A stretch of DNA of 64,000 nt from Vicinamibacterales bacterium (GCA_035315685.1 DATFXR010000233.1:4203-68202), one strand, 5' to 3'. Positions 7,803 through 17,530 are shown, numbered from the stretch's first letter. Notes: generated by a model from the letters alone, not told the origin. Translations and numbers: made by a program.

Positions 7803-8830
7803 CGCGCCTCTTTCCGCGCGATCGCGCGGCGCGCCGCATCGGCAATCGATCGGCCGGTGAGGCCGTACTTGTCTGCGAGCTCGTCCGGCTCGCCCGATTC
7901 GCCGAACACGTCGCGCACGCCGACGAACTCGATCGGCGACGGGTTGGTCGTCGCGAGCGATTCCGCAACGGCGCCACCGAGGCCGCCGACGATGTTGTGA
8001 TCCTCGGCGGTGACGAAGGCGCCGGTCTCCCGCGCGCAGGCAGCGAGGAGGTCCCGGTCGATCGGCTTGATCGTGGACATGTTGACGACGCGGGCCGAGA
8101 TGCCGTCGCGCGCGAGCAGCGCGGCGGCCTCGAGCGCGCGCGCGACCTCGACGCCGCAGGCGACGATCGTCACGTCCAGGCCGTCGCGAATCACGCGGCC
8201 GCGCCCCAGCTCGAAGACGTAGCTGTCGTCGAGCACGCGCGCAGCCGCGCTGCGGCCGGTGCGCAGGTAGACCGGACCGTTGAAGTCGAGGATCGCCGGT
8301 ACCGCCTTCGCCATCTCGACCGGATCGGCCGGCGACACGACCGTCATCCCGGGAATCGCGCGGAACGCGGCGAGGTCTTCGAGCGCCTGCGCCGATGCGC
8401 CATCAGGGCCGGCGTCGAGGCCCGGATGGCTCGCCGCAAGCTTCACGTTCAGCCGCGGATACGCAATCGACTGGCGCACCTGCTCGATCGTCCGCAACGC
8501 GAAGACCGCGAACGTGCTCGCGACCGGCAGGCAGCCGGCGAGCGCCAGGCCGGCGGCCGCGCCGACCATGTTCTGCTCGGCAATCCCGAACTGGACGAAC
8601 CGATCCGGATGCGCGCGCCGGAAATGATGCGTCCCTGTTCCACCTGCCACGTCGGCATCGAGAACGACGAGCGACGGATAGCGGTGGGCGACCGCCGTGA
8701 GCGCCTTGCCGAACGCCTCGCGCAGCGTCTCACCGCTCGTCCCGATCAGCGACGGTACGAAGTCCGCTTCAGCCACGAAACGCGTACTCGCGCGTGCGAT
8801 CGGCAGCGACGCCAAGATCGGCGAGCGCAC
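7799..8830 (-). CDS. Transketolase, C-terminal (pyrimidine-binding) subunit
   Basis: REAFGKALTAVAHRYPSLVVLDADVAGGTGTHHF...FVQFGIAEQNMVGAAAGLA. The start is uncertain: a GTG at 8776 would give an 8-nt overlap with the upstream gene instead of 62 nt. Confidence 0.8.
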   Translation of the reverse strand: MRSPILASLPIARASTRFVAEADFVPSLIGTSGETLREAFGKALTAVAHRYPSLVVLDADVAGGTGTHHFRRAHPDRFVQFGIAEQNMVGAAAGLALAGCLPVASTFAVFALRTIEQVRQSIAYPRLNVKLAASHPGLDAGPDGASAQALEDLAAFRAIPGMTVVSPADPVEMAKAVPAILDFNGPVYLRTGRSAAARVLDDSYVFELGRGRVIRDGLDVTIVACGVEVARALEAAALLARDGISARVVNMSTIKPIDRDLLAACARETGAFVTAEDHNIVGGLGGAVAESLATTNPSPIEFVGVRDVFGESGEPDELADKYGLTGRSIADAARRAIARKEAR

Positions 8831-9587
8831 GCGCGATCTCCTCGGGCTTGAGCTTCACGCTCCCATGCCAGGAAGGCACGCCTTCCATGTAGCGGACGCC
8901 CTTGCCCTTGATCGTGTGCGCGATGATCACGGTCGGCTGATTGGGCCGGCTGCGCGCATCGGCGAACGCCGCGGCAATCGCGTCGAAGTCGTGTCCGTCG
9001 ATCGGCCGCACGTGCCAGTTGAACGCGCCCCACTTCGCGTCGAGCGGTTCCACCCGCATCGTCCGCTCGTTGAGGTCGTCGCTCTGCATCTTGTTGTAGT
9101 CGACAATCGCGCAGAGATTGCCGAGGCGATGATGGCCGGCGGCCATCGCCGCCTCCCAGACCTGCCCTTCCTGCAGTTCGCCGTCGCCGAGCATCACGAA
9201 CACCCGGCCGTCGTGCTTCCTCTGGCGGAATCCGAGCGCGAGGCCGAGCGCGATCGAGAAGCCCTGACCGAGCGAGCCGCAGGTCGCGTCGATGCCGTGG
9301 ATGGTGGTGGTCGGCGATCCCTGAAGCGTGCCGCCGAGGCGGCGGAACGACCCGAGCGTCGCGCGATCGAAGCAGCCGCGCAGGTAGAGTGCGGCGTAGA
9401 GCGCCGGACAGGCGTGGCCCTTCGACAGCACGAACCGATCGCGTCCGTCGCGCAGTTCCCGAAAGTACAGCACCGCCAGCAGATCGGCCGCCGACAGACA
9501 GCTGCCGGGATGCCCGGAGCCGGCGTCGTTGATCAGGCTGACGGCGATGCGGCGGATCTCGGTCGCGTACGCGTCGAGGTCAGACAT
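8769..9587 (-). CDS. Transketolase, N-terminal (ThDP-binding) subunit
   Basis: Start chosen at ATG 9587 (MSDLDAYATEIRRIAVSLINDAGSGHPGSCLSAADLLAVLYF...). Contains GDGELQEGQVWEA. 8-nt overlap with the DXS-like gene stop. Confidence 0.85.
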   Translation of the reverse strand: MSDLDAYATEIRRIAVSLINDAGSGHPGSCLSAADLLAVLYFRELRDGRDRFVLSKGHACPALYAALYLRGCFDRATLGSFRRLGGTLQGSPTTTIHGIDATCGSLGQGFSIALGLALGFRQRKHDGRVFVMLGDGELQEGQVWEAAMAAGHHRLGNLCAIVDYNKMQSDDLNERTMRVEPLDAKWGAFNWHVRPIDGHDFDAIAAAFADARSRPNQPTVIIAHTIKGKGVRYMEGVPSWHGSVKLKPEEIARALADLGVAADRTREYAFRG

Positions 9588-11373
9588 CGAGCTTCCAGAA
9601 CTGACGGATGCGACGCAGCACGCCCTCGACGTCGAGCTCCTGCAGCCGGCACAGCTCGTCCTGCGATCCAGGCGCGATGAATGCGCATTCGACGCCAAGG
9701 CGCAGCACGTCGCACTTGATGCGACGGTCGGCGGCGAACGCCGCGATCGCCGACCCGACGCCGCCGTCGAGCACGCCCTCTTCGATCGTCACGACGCGCC
9801 GTGCGCGGTGCAGGATGTCGGCGAGCGCTTCTTCGGGGAGCGGCTTCAGGTAGCGGAGGTTCACCAGACCGCAGTCGAGGCCCTTGCTGCGCAGCCGCTC
9901 CGCCGCGTCGCGGGCGACCTTGAACTTGTGGCCGACGGCAATGAGCGTGAGGTCCTTTCCGTCGCGGACCACTTCCGGCCGCCTGAACGCGCCACGCGTC
10001 TCGTCGAGCACCCCGGGATCGATCTCGTCAACCGGACCGTACGGCATCCCGATAATCGTCGGCCGGGTGAGCCCCTCGAGCTCATCGCGGACCATCCGAA
10101 CCAGCTCGTAGCGATCCTTCGGATAGAGCACGCGCAGGTTCGGCAGCCCGCGCCAGTAGGCGAAGTCGTAGATGCCGTGGTGCGTCGGGTTGTCGTAGCC
10201 TGCGAAGCCGCTGCGCACGGAGAGGATCAGCGTCGGCAGGCTGGCGAAGCACACGTCGTGTACCAGCTGATCGAACGCACGCTGCATGAACGTCGACTGA
10301 TAGACGATGACCGGCTTGAAGCCTTCGATGGCGAAGCCGACGGTCATCGTCATCGCGTGCTGCTCTTCCATGCCCGGATCGAAGCAGCGGTCGGGGAACT
10401 TCTTGAACACCGGCTGCAGCCCGGACGCGTACAGCGTGGACGGCGTGATCGCGACGATGCGATCGTCGCGCTCCATTTCTTCGCCGATGACCGCGGCGGC
10501 GACGTCCTGGTAGCCGGTGTAGGCGAAGCCGTCGCGGCCCTTGCCGGTTTCGGGATCGAAGGGAAACGAGAAGTGCATGCGATACGGGTGGCCGTCCGCC
10601 GCCTTCCAGCCGTGGCCTTTCTCGGTCTTCACGTGCACGAACGGGATCTGCGTCGATTCCCTGGCACGCTCGAGCGCCCGCGCCGTCGCCGCGATGTCGT
10701 GGCCGTCCACCGGTCCGATGTAGTCGAAGCCGAGGGCGGTGAACAGCTGCTCCGGTTGACGCTGATCGGGCTTCAGCGACTGGAGGTAGTTGTGCAGCGC
10801 GCCGAATCCCGGGCTGATCGCATAGCCGTTGTCGTTCAGCACGATCACCAGGTTCGTGTGCACCGCGACCGCAGCATGGTTGAGGCCTTCGAACGCCAGC
10901 CCTTCGGCCAGCGAGCCATCGCCGATGACCGCGACCACCGACCGCGTGTCGCCCTTCAACGCTCTCCCGAGCGCAATGCCGAGCGCCACCGAGATCGACG
11001 TCCCGCCGTGGCTGGCCTCGATGATGTCGTGCTCGCTCTCGGTCTTGGTGATGAAGCGGCTCATCCCGCCGAAGGTGTTCAGCGTGCGGAACCGATCGGC
11101 GCGGCCGGTGACGATCTTGTGGGTGTAGCCCTGGTGGCCGGTGTCCCAGACGATCTTGTCGCCGGGCGACTCGAACACCTTGTGAAGCGCGAGCGACAGC
11201 TCGATGGTGCCAAGGTTCGCGCCGATGTGTCCGCCGGTGACGGCGTTGCTCTCGATCAGGAACCGCCGGATCTTCGCTGCCACATCGTCGAGCTCACTGA
11301 AGCTCGCGGCGCGGACCCGGTCGGGAGTGAGCTTGGACAGCTCGACGGACAGCGCGTCCTTCTCTGTGATCAT
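9580..11373 (-). CDS. 1-deoxy-D-xylulose-5-phosphate synthase-like ThDP enzyme (probable paralogue)
   Basis: Start at ATG 11373 (MITEKDAL...). Contains GGHIGANLGTIELSLALHKVF..DKIVWDTGHQGYTHKIVTGR and IGDGSLAEGLAFEGLNHA. It deviates from canonical Dxs at EASHGGTSIS. Confidence 0.75.
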   Translation of the reverse strand: MITEKDALSVELSKLTPDRVRAASFSELDDVAAKIRRFLIESNAVTGGHIGANLGTIELSLALHKVFESPGDKIVWDTGHQGYTHKIVTGRADRFRTLNTFGGMSRFITKTESEHDIIEASHGGTSISVALGIALGRALKGDTRSVVAVIGDGSLAEGLAFEGLNHAAVAVHTNLVIVLNDNGYAISPGFGALHNYLQSLKPDQRQPEQLFTALGFDYIGPVDGHDIAATARALERARESTQIPFVHVKTEKGHGWKAADGHPYRMHFSFPFDPETGKGRDGFAYTGYQDVAAAVIGEEMERDDRIVAITPSTLYASGLQPVFKKFPDRCFDPGMEEQHAMTMTVGFAIEGFKPVIVYQSTFMQRAFDQLVHDVCFASLPTLILSVRSGFAGYDNPTHHGIYDFAYWRGLPNLRVLYPKDRYELVRMVRDELEGLTRPTIIGMPYGPVDEIDPGVLDETRGAFRRPEVVRDGKDLTLIAVGHKFKVARDAAERLRSKGLDCGLVNLRYLKPLPEEALADILHRARRVVTIEEGVLDGGVGSAIAAFAADRRIKCDVLRLGVECAFIAPGSQDELCRLQELDVEGVLRRIRQFWKLDV

Positions 11374-11395
11374 GATGTGTGTGTCGCAGCCGTCT

Positions 11396-12319
11396 TCATG
11401 CCGCTTTTCTCGCGATGACGAATACATCCCGCCCGATGCCAAGGCCGGCGAGCCGCCGGTACATCTCCTGCCGCAGCGAGCTCTTGTCGGCGCGCGCGAG
11501 CGCGAGCTCGAACCGCTTTCGCCTGGCGTGGCACGCCCGCCCGAGCTGATCGTTGCCGACGTAGTTGTCGCCCATCAGCAGAAACAAGTCGATCGGAAAC
11601 GACGTTTCCACCGACACGACCGCGAACCGCTCGGCGAGCAGCCGCTGGATCGACTCGACGTCGAAGTAGTTCACGTGGTGCGGCGGCGCCACCCACCACG
11701 GCTGCATCCCGCACGCGTCGCGCAGCGCCGCCTGAAACGGACTGTAGTCGTTCGGAACCATCAGCGCGACGAGGCCGCCCGGATCGAGCAGGCCATGGAC
11801 GAGCGTGAGCATCGCGCGCGGATCGGGCAGATGCTCGAGCACCTCGTTCATGTGCACGACGTCGAAGGTCCCAAGCGCCGCCGCCGTGCCTGCGTCGAGA
11901 AATCCCTGCGTGACGTCGAGGCCGAGCCCGCGGCTGTGCGCAACCGCCTGCGACGCCGGCTCGATGCCGCGGAGGTCCCAGCCGCCGCGCCCGGCGCCAT
12001 GCAGGAGAAACAAACCCGGTCCCGAGCCGACGTCGAGCAGCCGCCTGCGGGTGCCGGCGGCGCCGAGCAGCCGCGCGAACGCGTCGAATCGCTCCGCGTA
12101 CACCAGATCGAGCCACTCGCGATCCTCGAGGTGACGCTGAATGTAGAGCGGCTTCTCGGTCGCGTAGTACTCGTGCCCGTATACGTGCTCCAGCTCCGCC
12201 GGCGTCGGGATTGGAACGATGTGCTTGAACCTGCAGGCGTCACATTCGATAACCGTGAATCCATTGGCGGCGTCGAGCGCCTCGCCGGCGTGGTCCTGCC
12301 ACGCAATCTGCTTCGTCAT
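11396..12319 (-). CDS. Class I SAM-dependent methyltransferase
   Basis: 307 aa. N-terminal CDAC..FKH zinc-ribbon-like segment, then RLLDVGSGPGLFL (motif I) and DVVHMNEVLEHLPDP. Confidence 0.8.
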   Translation of the reverse strand: MTKQIAWQDHAGEALDAANGFTVIECDACRFKHIVPIPTPAELEHVYGHEYYATEKPLYIQRHLEDREWLDLVYAERFDAFARLLGAAGTRRRLLDVGSGPGLFLLHGAGRGGWDLRGIEPASQAVAHSRGLGLDVTQGFLDAGTAAALGTFDVVHMNEVLEHLPDPRAMLTLVHGLLDPGGLVALMVPNDYSPFQAALRDACGMQPWWVAPPHHVNYFDVESIQRLLAERFAVVSVETSFPIDLFLLMGDNYVGNDQLGRACHARRKRFELALARADKSSLRQEMYRRLAGLGIGRDVFVIARKAA

Positions 12320-12378
12320 CTACAGCTGTGTCTGGAGGGACCGGACGAATCCGGAAATTGTACACTGAAGCCCCGTTG

Positions 12379-14250
12379 ATGCTCCTGTTCGTCGTCGAAG
12401 ACCGCCGCGCCGAGCGGCCGCTGCGCGACGCGCTTGCCTCAGCGGCACGGTCGGCCACAGCCGTCGCGGTCTTGACGGCCGATGCGGTCCTGGCGCTGCA
12501 ACTCCGGCGCGAGGGCCTCGACGCACGGCTGACCACCGATGGCCTGACTCGCGAGCGAGTGGACGCCCTCGATCGTCTCGCGCTGGACGGCGTGGCGGCC
12601 GCGTACGACGCCGGTTCGGGACGGCGGTACGCGTCCGTTCACGGCGTGCCGTTCGGCGCGTTCCTGGAATACACGTTGATCCCGTCGTTCGTGCGCGCGG
12701 TCCGCAACGTCGCCGCCGTCGACGCAGCCCTGAATGCCTCGGCGGCGCCCGCTTCGCTGGTGCTGGTCGGCGGCGGCGCACTCGTGGCGGCGGCGCGCCT
12801 GGTCTCCAGGCACCGGGGGACGCGGACTTCATCGATCGCTGGCGATCCGATTCGGCGCGCGATCCACGCGGTGGCGCGCCTGACGGCCGGTCGCACCACG
12901 AAATGGGTGAACTCGGATTTCCGGGCGCTCGTGCTCGAACCGGGATTCATCTGGCTGCTGTTCCTCAAGGGATTCTGGCGCCGGTTCGTCGCGGCGGCGC
13001 CGCGTGCCGGTGACGCAGCGCTCATCGTGATCGGCGATCGCTTCACGGCCGACGTCGTGCACCGGCTACGCGGCGCGCGCCGGATCGTGCTCGCCGGCGC
13101 GACGCAGCCCGGCCGCGCGATGTTCGAGCAGTCTGCGGATCTGCAGCCGATCGAATCCTTCAGCGAGCCGCGCGATCTCCTGCGCTGGCTGGGGTCGTGT
13201 TCGGAAGCTGTGGCGGACACGATCGCGATGTGGAGCGACCGCGATCATGGCAGGCGGTTCATGCTTGCCGGCGTGCCGTGCTGGCCGCTCGTGCGGCGCA
13301 GCGTGGTGCTGCACATGCCGGCGTGGCTACCTGCGCTTCGGCATCTGCAGCTGCTGGCGATGCGCGCCGCTGCGGCAGCGCCTCGAACGGCGCTGCTCAC
13401 GTCGACCGACGTCACGGCTTACAACCGGCTGGTCGTCGACACGCTCGGGCGAGCGGGGATCGCTTCGACAGGAATTCAGCACGGCATTGTCGGCCAGGCG
13501 AACGGCCACGACTCGGTGCAGGTGGATCGGTTCGCCACGTGGGGCACGGAAACGGCGGCCAGGTATCGAGAATGGGCGGCGACGCGCTCGCGCGTGACGA
13601 TTCGCGGACGATTCATCGTCACCGGGAACCCGCGGTTCGACGCGCTCGCGCGCCGCATCCGCGAGCGCTGCACCGGCGCGGCCCGTGAACCGCGCGCGAA
13701 CGGCCGCTTTACGATCACCGTGTGCACCGGCTTCGTCAGCGACTTCTCGGTGCTCGCCACAGACGAGGAGAACCTGCTGATGCTGGATGAAGTGCTCGCA
13801 TGGGCAGGTCAGCATCCGGATGTGAAGGTGATCCACAAGATGCATCCGGGAGAAGAGTTCGAGCACTACGCGCTCGCGGCGCGCGCGCTCGGGTGGGATA
13901 CGGGGATGCTCGAAACGATTCGCGAGCCGATTCTGTATGACGTGCTGCTGCAGTCGGACGTCATGGTCGCTGGGTATTCGACCACGATTCTCGAGTCGGC
14001 CGCACTCGGGACGCCGGCAATCGTCGTCGACGCGGTCGCCGACGGCGGCTACCGACTGCTGCCGCTCGACACCATCCGCGGCGTGTCGATCGCGAAGTCG
14101 CGCGCCGACTTGAGGGCGCAGCTCACCGCACACGTCACTGGTGCCAACCAGGCCGTGCCAAATCCTGACGACCCGGCGCTCATCGGGTATATTGGTTCGC
14201 TCGACGGCGAGGCCGCGGCGCGGATCGCGCAGCTGATCGATGTCGCGTAA
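12379..14250 (+). CDS. Hypothetical GT-B-fold-like protein (capsule/teichoic-type transferase-like C-terminal domain)
   Basis: Start taken at ATG 12379. The C-terminal part VIHKMHPGEE...VMVAGYSTTILESAALGTPAIVV looks like a GT-B C-terminal domain. The function is not established. Confidence 0.45.
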   Translation: MLLFVVEDRRAERPLRDALASAARSATAVAVLTADAVLALQLRREGLDARLTTDGLTRERVDALDRLALDGVAAAYDAGSGRRYASVHGVPFGAFLEYTLIPSFVRAVRNVAAVDAALNASAAPASLVLVGGGALVAAARLVSRHRGTRTSSIAGDPIRRAIHAVARLTAGRTTKWVNSDFRALVLEPGFIWLLFLKGFWRRFVAAAPRAGDAALIVIGDRFTADVVHRLRGARRIVLAGATQPGRAMFEQSADLQPIESFSEPRDLLRWLGSCSEAVADTIAMWSDRDHGRRFMLAGVPCWPLVRRSVVLHMPAWLPALRHLQLLAMRAAAAAPRTALLTSTDVTAYNRLVVDTLGRAGIASTGIQHGIVGQANGHDSVQVDRFATWGTETAARYREWAATRSRVTIRGRFIVTGNPRFDALARRIRERCTGAAREPRANGRFTITVCTGFVSDFSVLATDEENLLMLDEVLAWAGQHPDVKVIHKMHPGEEFEHYALAARALGWDTGMLETIREPILYDVLLQSDVMVAGYSTTILESAALGTPAIVVDAVADGGYRLLPLDTIRGVSIAKSRADLRAQLTAHVTGANQAVPNPDDPALIGYIGSLDGEAAARIAQLIDVA

Positions 14251-16144
14251 CATGCTCGTCGCGCCGATGAATGCATCGCACGCGTCTTCGGTGGCGGGCA
14301 ACCCGAACCGGCTGCGCTACCGATGCGCACTGCTTGCACTCTCGTGGCTGGTGCCTTCATCTGCGTTCGCGCAGACTCCGCAGACCTATCAGGTGTTCGT
14401 CGGCCGCTGTGGATCCTGTCATGCGGCGACAAGCAGCACCGCCACGCGTGCGCCGAGCCGGCGCGACCTCGGTCAGAGAACGCCCGAATTGATTCTGGAC
14501 GCGATCACGACCGGCACCATGGCCCCGCACGCGCGAGGTTTGAACGACACGCAGATGCGCGAACTCGCCGTCATGCTGGCGGGGAGGCCGTTCGGCGCGG
14601 CGAAGTCCCGCGACGCTGACGCGATGCCGAACCGCTGCAGCCGCGACGCCGCGTTTGCCGATTCCCTCGACGGTCCGCAATGGAATGGCTGGGGCGCGGA
14701 CGTCGAGAACTCGCGCGCGCAGAGTGCGGCGTTCGCCGCGCTGCCGGCAGACGCGGTGCCGCGGCTGACGCTGAAATGGGCGTTCGGCTTCCCCGGCGGC
14801 GAGTCGGCCTATGGCCAGCCGACCGTGGTCGGGAGCCGCGTCTACATCGGATCCGACAACGGGTTCGTCTACTCGCTCGACGCGGCAACCGGCTGCGTGT
14901 ACTGGTCGTTCCACGCGCAGGCGGGCGTGCGGACCGCGATCAGCATCGGCCGCATCGGGACCGGTGATTCGGAGCGCGCTGCCGCGTACTTCGGCGATCT
15001 GAAGGCGAACGTTTACGCGATCGATGCCGCGTCCGGACGGCAGATCTGGATGCAGCGCGCCGACGAGCATGCGCTGGCGCGCATCACCGGCGCGCCAACG
15101 CTCTGGGACGGCCGCTTGTACGTTCCGATCGCGTCGACGGAAGAACTGGTTGGCGGCCATCCCCAGTACGAATGCTGTACGTTCCGCGGCAGCGTGGTCG
15201 CGTACGACGCGGCCGACGGCAAGGTGCTGTGGAGGCAGCCGACGATCGCGCAGCCGCTCGCGCGGACGGGCAAGACGTCGACCGGCACGCAGTTGTGGGG
15301 GCCGGCCGGTGCGGCGATCTGGTCGGCGCCGACCATCGACGCCCATCGGAGTCTGATCTACATCGCGACCGGCGACGCCTACACGGCGCCGGCGGCGCCG
15401 GAGTCGGACGCGGTCATGGCACTCGATCTCGCCACCGGCCGCGGGTCGTGGACCAGGCAGCTCACGTCGGACGACGCGTTCGTGTGGCCGTGCGAGCGGG
15501 ACAATTTTTCGGAAACCTGTCCGTCGAAGCCAGGCCCTGATTTCGACTTCGGCATGTCGCCGATGCTGCGCCATGCCGACGGACGCGATCTCATCATCAT
15601 CGGACAGAAATCGGGCGCCGCGTGGGCACTCGATCCGGACAAGAACGGCGCGATACTGTGGCAGCACCGCGTCGGCAAGGGCAGCTGGGACGGCGGGCTG
15701 ATGTGGGGAGGCGCGGCGGACGACAGGCGCGCCTATTTCCCGAACGTCGATTCGTACTACGGCCCGGAGACCGCTGGCGGGCTGGCGGCGCTCGACCTCG
15801 CCACGGGAGAGCAGGCGTGGTTCACGCGCCCGCCCGCCCGATCGTGCGGCGACGTGTCGTGCAGTCAGCCGCAGTCGGCGGCCGTGACGGTCATTCCCGG
15901 CGTCGTGTTTTCCGGCAGCACCAACGGCATCATGCGCGCGTACCGGACCACCGACGGCGCCATTGTCTGGGAGTACGACACCGCACAGCGCTTCACGACT
16001 GTCAACGGCGTCGATGCGCACGGCGGAAGCCTCGACGGCCCCGGACCGACCATCGTGAACGGAATGCTGTTCCTCAGCTCCGGCTACGCGGCCGTCGGCG
16101 GCCGCAAACCGGGCAACGTCCTGCTCGCGTTCGCCGTGCCGTAG
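14240..16144 (+). CDS. Cytochrome c / PQQ-repeat beta-propeller dehydrogenase (polyvinyl-alcohol-dehydrogenase-like)
   Basis: Signal-like LLALSWLVPSSAFAQ, heme motif CGSCHA, then repeated PQQ/BamB-like blades (VYIGSDNGFVYSLDAATG; ANVYAIDAASGRQIW; GIMRAYRTTDGAIVW). Alternative starts at 14252 and 14267. Confidence 0.7.
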   Translation: MSRNMLVAPMNASHASSVAGNPNRLRYRCALLALSWLVPSSAFAQTPQTYQVFVGRCGSCHAATSSTATRAPSRRDLGQRTPELILDAITTGTMAPHARGLNDTQMRELAVMLAGRPFGAAKSRDADAMPNRCSRDAAFADSLDGPQWNGWGADVENSRAQSAAFAALPADAVPRLTLKWAFGFPGGESAYGQPTVVGSRVYIGSDNGFVYSLDAATGCVYWSFHAQAGVRTAISIGRIGTGDSERAAAYFGDLKANVYAIDAASGRQIWMQRADEHALARITGAPTLWDGRLYVPIASTEELVGGHPQYECCTFRGSVVAYDAADGKVLWRQPTIAQPLARTGKTSTGTQLWGPAGAAIWSAPTIDAHRSLIYIATGDAYTAPAAPESDAVMALDLATGRGSWTRQLTSDDAFVWPCERDNFSETCPSKPGPDFDFGMSPMLRHADGRDLIIIGQKSGAAWALDPDKNGAILWQHRVGKGSWDGGLMWGGAADDRRAYFPNVDSYYGPETAGGLAALDLATGEQAWFTRPPARSCGDVSCSQPQSAAVTVIPGVVFSGSTNGIMRAYRTTDGAIVWEYDTAQRFTTVNGVDAHGGSLDGPGPTIVNGMLFLSSGYAAVGGRKPGNVLLAFAVP

Positions 16145-16197
16145 ACGACGCCTTCGATCAGCCGACGCTCGCCTGAAGGATTCGCGCTACGTTGTCG

Positions 16198-17409
16198 TCA
16201 CCTCTTGCGCGCGACGATGACGGTGTTCTGGCCGCGGGGATCGCCGGGCACGCTGACCAGTCCCTGTTTCAGGCCGATCGTCTCCGTGATCGTGAAGTGT
16301 CGGCTGACCAGCGCGGTGATCTGCTCGAGACTGTACTCGCGCTCGTGCATGTAGGTGACCGGGATGTGCCCCTGCGAGTTCTGCGGCGTGCTCAGCACGA
16401 GGACGCCGCCGGGCGCGAGGACGCGGTGCAGCTCGGCGACGAATCGCCCCTCGTTTTCGACGTGCTCGATCGTTTCCATCGACAGCACCGCGTCGAATGC
16501 TCCAGCCTCGAAGCCGGTCGCCGTGCCATCGACGATGTGGTAGAAGGCGTTGCCGTCGGAGGTCGCGGCGCGTGCTTCCGCGACCGTCGCGGCATCCACG
16601 TCGCCGCCGTGCGCCTCGCGCACCGATCCGGCGATTGCGCGCACTCCGTGGCCGGCGCCGCACGCGAGATCGAGCACCTTCATCTGAGGCGTCAGATGAC
16701 GCAGCGCGATCTCGTAGTGATAGCCGATCTGATCAGCGGACCAGGTGCGCCGTCCGTTCACCTCCTGCCGCGGCTCGCGGTAGATCTGCCGCGCGGTCTC
16801 GCGCGCCCGCCGCAGCGTCGCTTCGTCGTAGAACGGCGCGTCCGGCAGGTAGCGGCAACGAAACGACTCGGGATGTTGAAACAGGAAGAATTTCGGGTGG
16901 ATCCGGAAGATGTCGCCGTCGTGCCCCGCCGGCAGCATCGCCTCCGCCCGGCGCAACCCGCCGACGCGGTAGACGTCAGCGGTGAACTGCGCGGGAAAAT
17001 CGTCCGGCAGCTTCACGCAGTCGAGCGAATCGGTGCGCGCCATCCGGAGCATGTCCCGGCTCGCCGCGACGTCGAAAAACATGTGCAGGCCGTCGACACG
17101 CAGCACATGCACGCCTGCGTCGAGCGCCGCGGTCGCCGCCACCATGCGCGCCAGCGGGCTCTCGTCGTGGCCGAAGAACGTCGCGACGCGTCCGCCTGGA
17201 AACCTCGACGCGGCGTTCGCGAACGCTCCCGATGCATCGGTCGACGGCGCCGCGAGAATCACGCGGCTCCCTTCGATTTCGGCGAGGACCTTGGCCACCG
17301 TCCGCCACACGACCGGCACGCCGTCCACTTCGTTCATGCACATGTCCGGCGCGCCCGACCACGACATCGAGCTCGCCTGGACGATCACGTATTGATCCAT
17401 CTCGGTCAC
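16198..17409 (-). CDS. Fusion: cytidylyltransferase-like (SpsF/FlmC-like) N-domain + class I SAM methyltransferase
   Basis: The N-terminus YVIVQASSMSWSGAPDMCMNEVDGVPVVWRT resembles IIQAR.gS.RLPgK but lacks the R/K residues. The C-terminus has VLDLACGAGHG and VLSMETIEHVEN...LAPGGVLVLSTP. GTG start at 17409 or ATG at 17400. Confidence 0.6.
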   Translation of the reverse strand: MTEMDQYVIVQASSMSWSGAPDMCMNEVDGVPVVWRTVAKVLAEIEGSRVILAAPSTDASGAFANAASRFPGGRVATFFGHDESPLARMVAATAALDAGVHVLRVDGLHMFFDVAASRDMLRMARTDSLDCVKLPDDFPAQFTADVYRVGGLRRAEAMLPAGHDGDIFRIHPKFFLFQHPESFRCRYLPDAPFYDEATLRRARETARQIYREPRQEVNGRRTWSADQIGYHYEIALRHLTPQMKVLDLACGAGHGVRAIAGSVREAHGGDVDAATVAEARAATSDGNAFYHIVDGTATGFEAGAFDAVLSMETIEHVENEGRFVAELHRVLAPGGVLVLSTPQNSQGHIPVTYMHEREYSLEQITALVSRHFTITETIGLKQGLVSVPGDPRGQNTVIVARKR

Positions 17410-17418
17410 ATGATAGCG

Positions 17419-17452
17419 GGTCGGGCGGGTCAGGCAGGTCAGGCAGGTCGGA
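17419..17452. repeat. G-rich octamer repeat (GGGTCGG GCGGGTCA GGCAGGTCA GGCAGGTCGG)
   Basis: Read directly, immediately upstream of the 17409 start on the minus strand. Confidence 0.8.
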
Positions 17453-17497
17453 CATAGCGTACGTCAGCAGGTTGAGCGTGTATCCGTAAGAAAGAAC

Positions 17498-17526
17498 TCT
17501 GCGATCTCTGCGGTCTCTGCGGTTGC
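17498..17526 (-). repeat. Heptamer-arm repeat family A, copy 4
   Basis: CTCTGCGATCTCTGCGGTCTCTGCGGTTGC is the reverse complement of GCAACCGCAGAGACCGCAGAGATCGCAGAG. It lies just downstream of the esterase stop at 17531. Confidence 0.85.
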
Positions 17527-17530
17527 TTTC

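Noticed and set aside
9580-11373. Calling this gene housekeeping dxs.
   Set aside because: The operon context (methyltransferase, split transketolase, SDR) and the deviation in the conserved GHSSTSIS-type segment argue for a paralogue. I therefore assigned no gene symbol.
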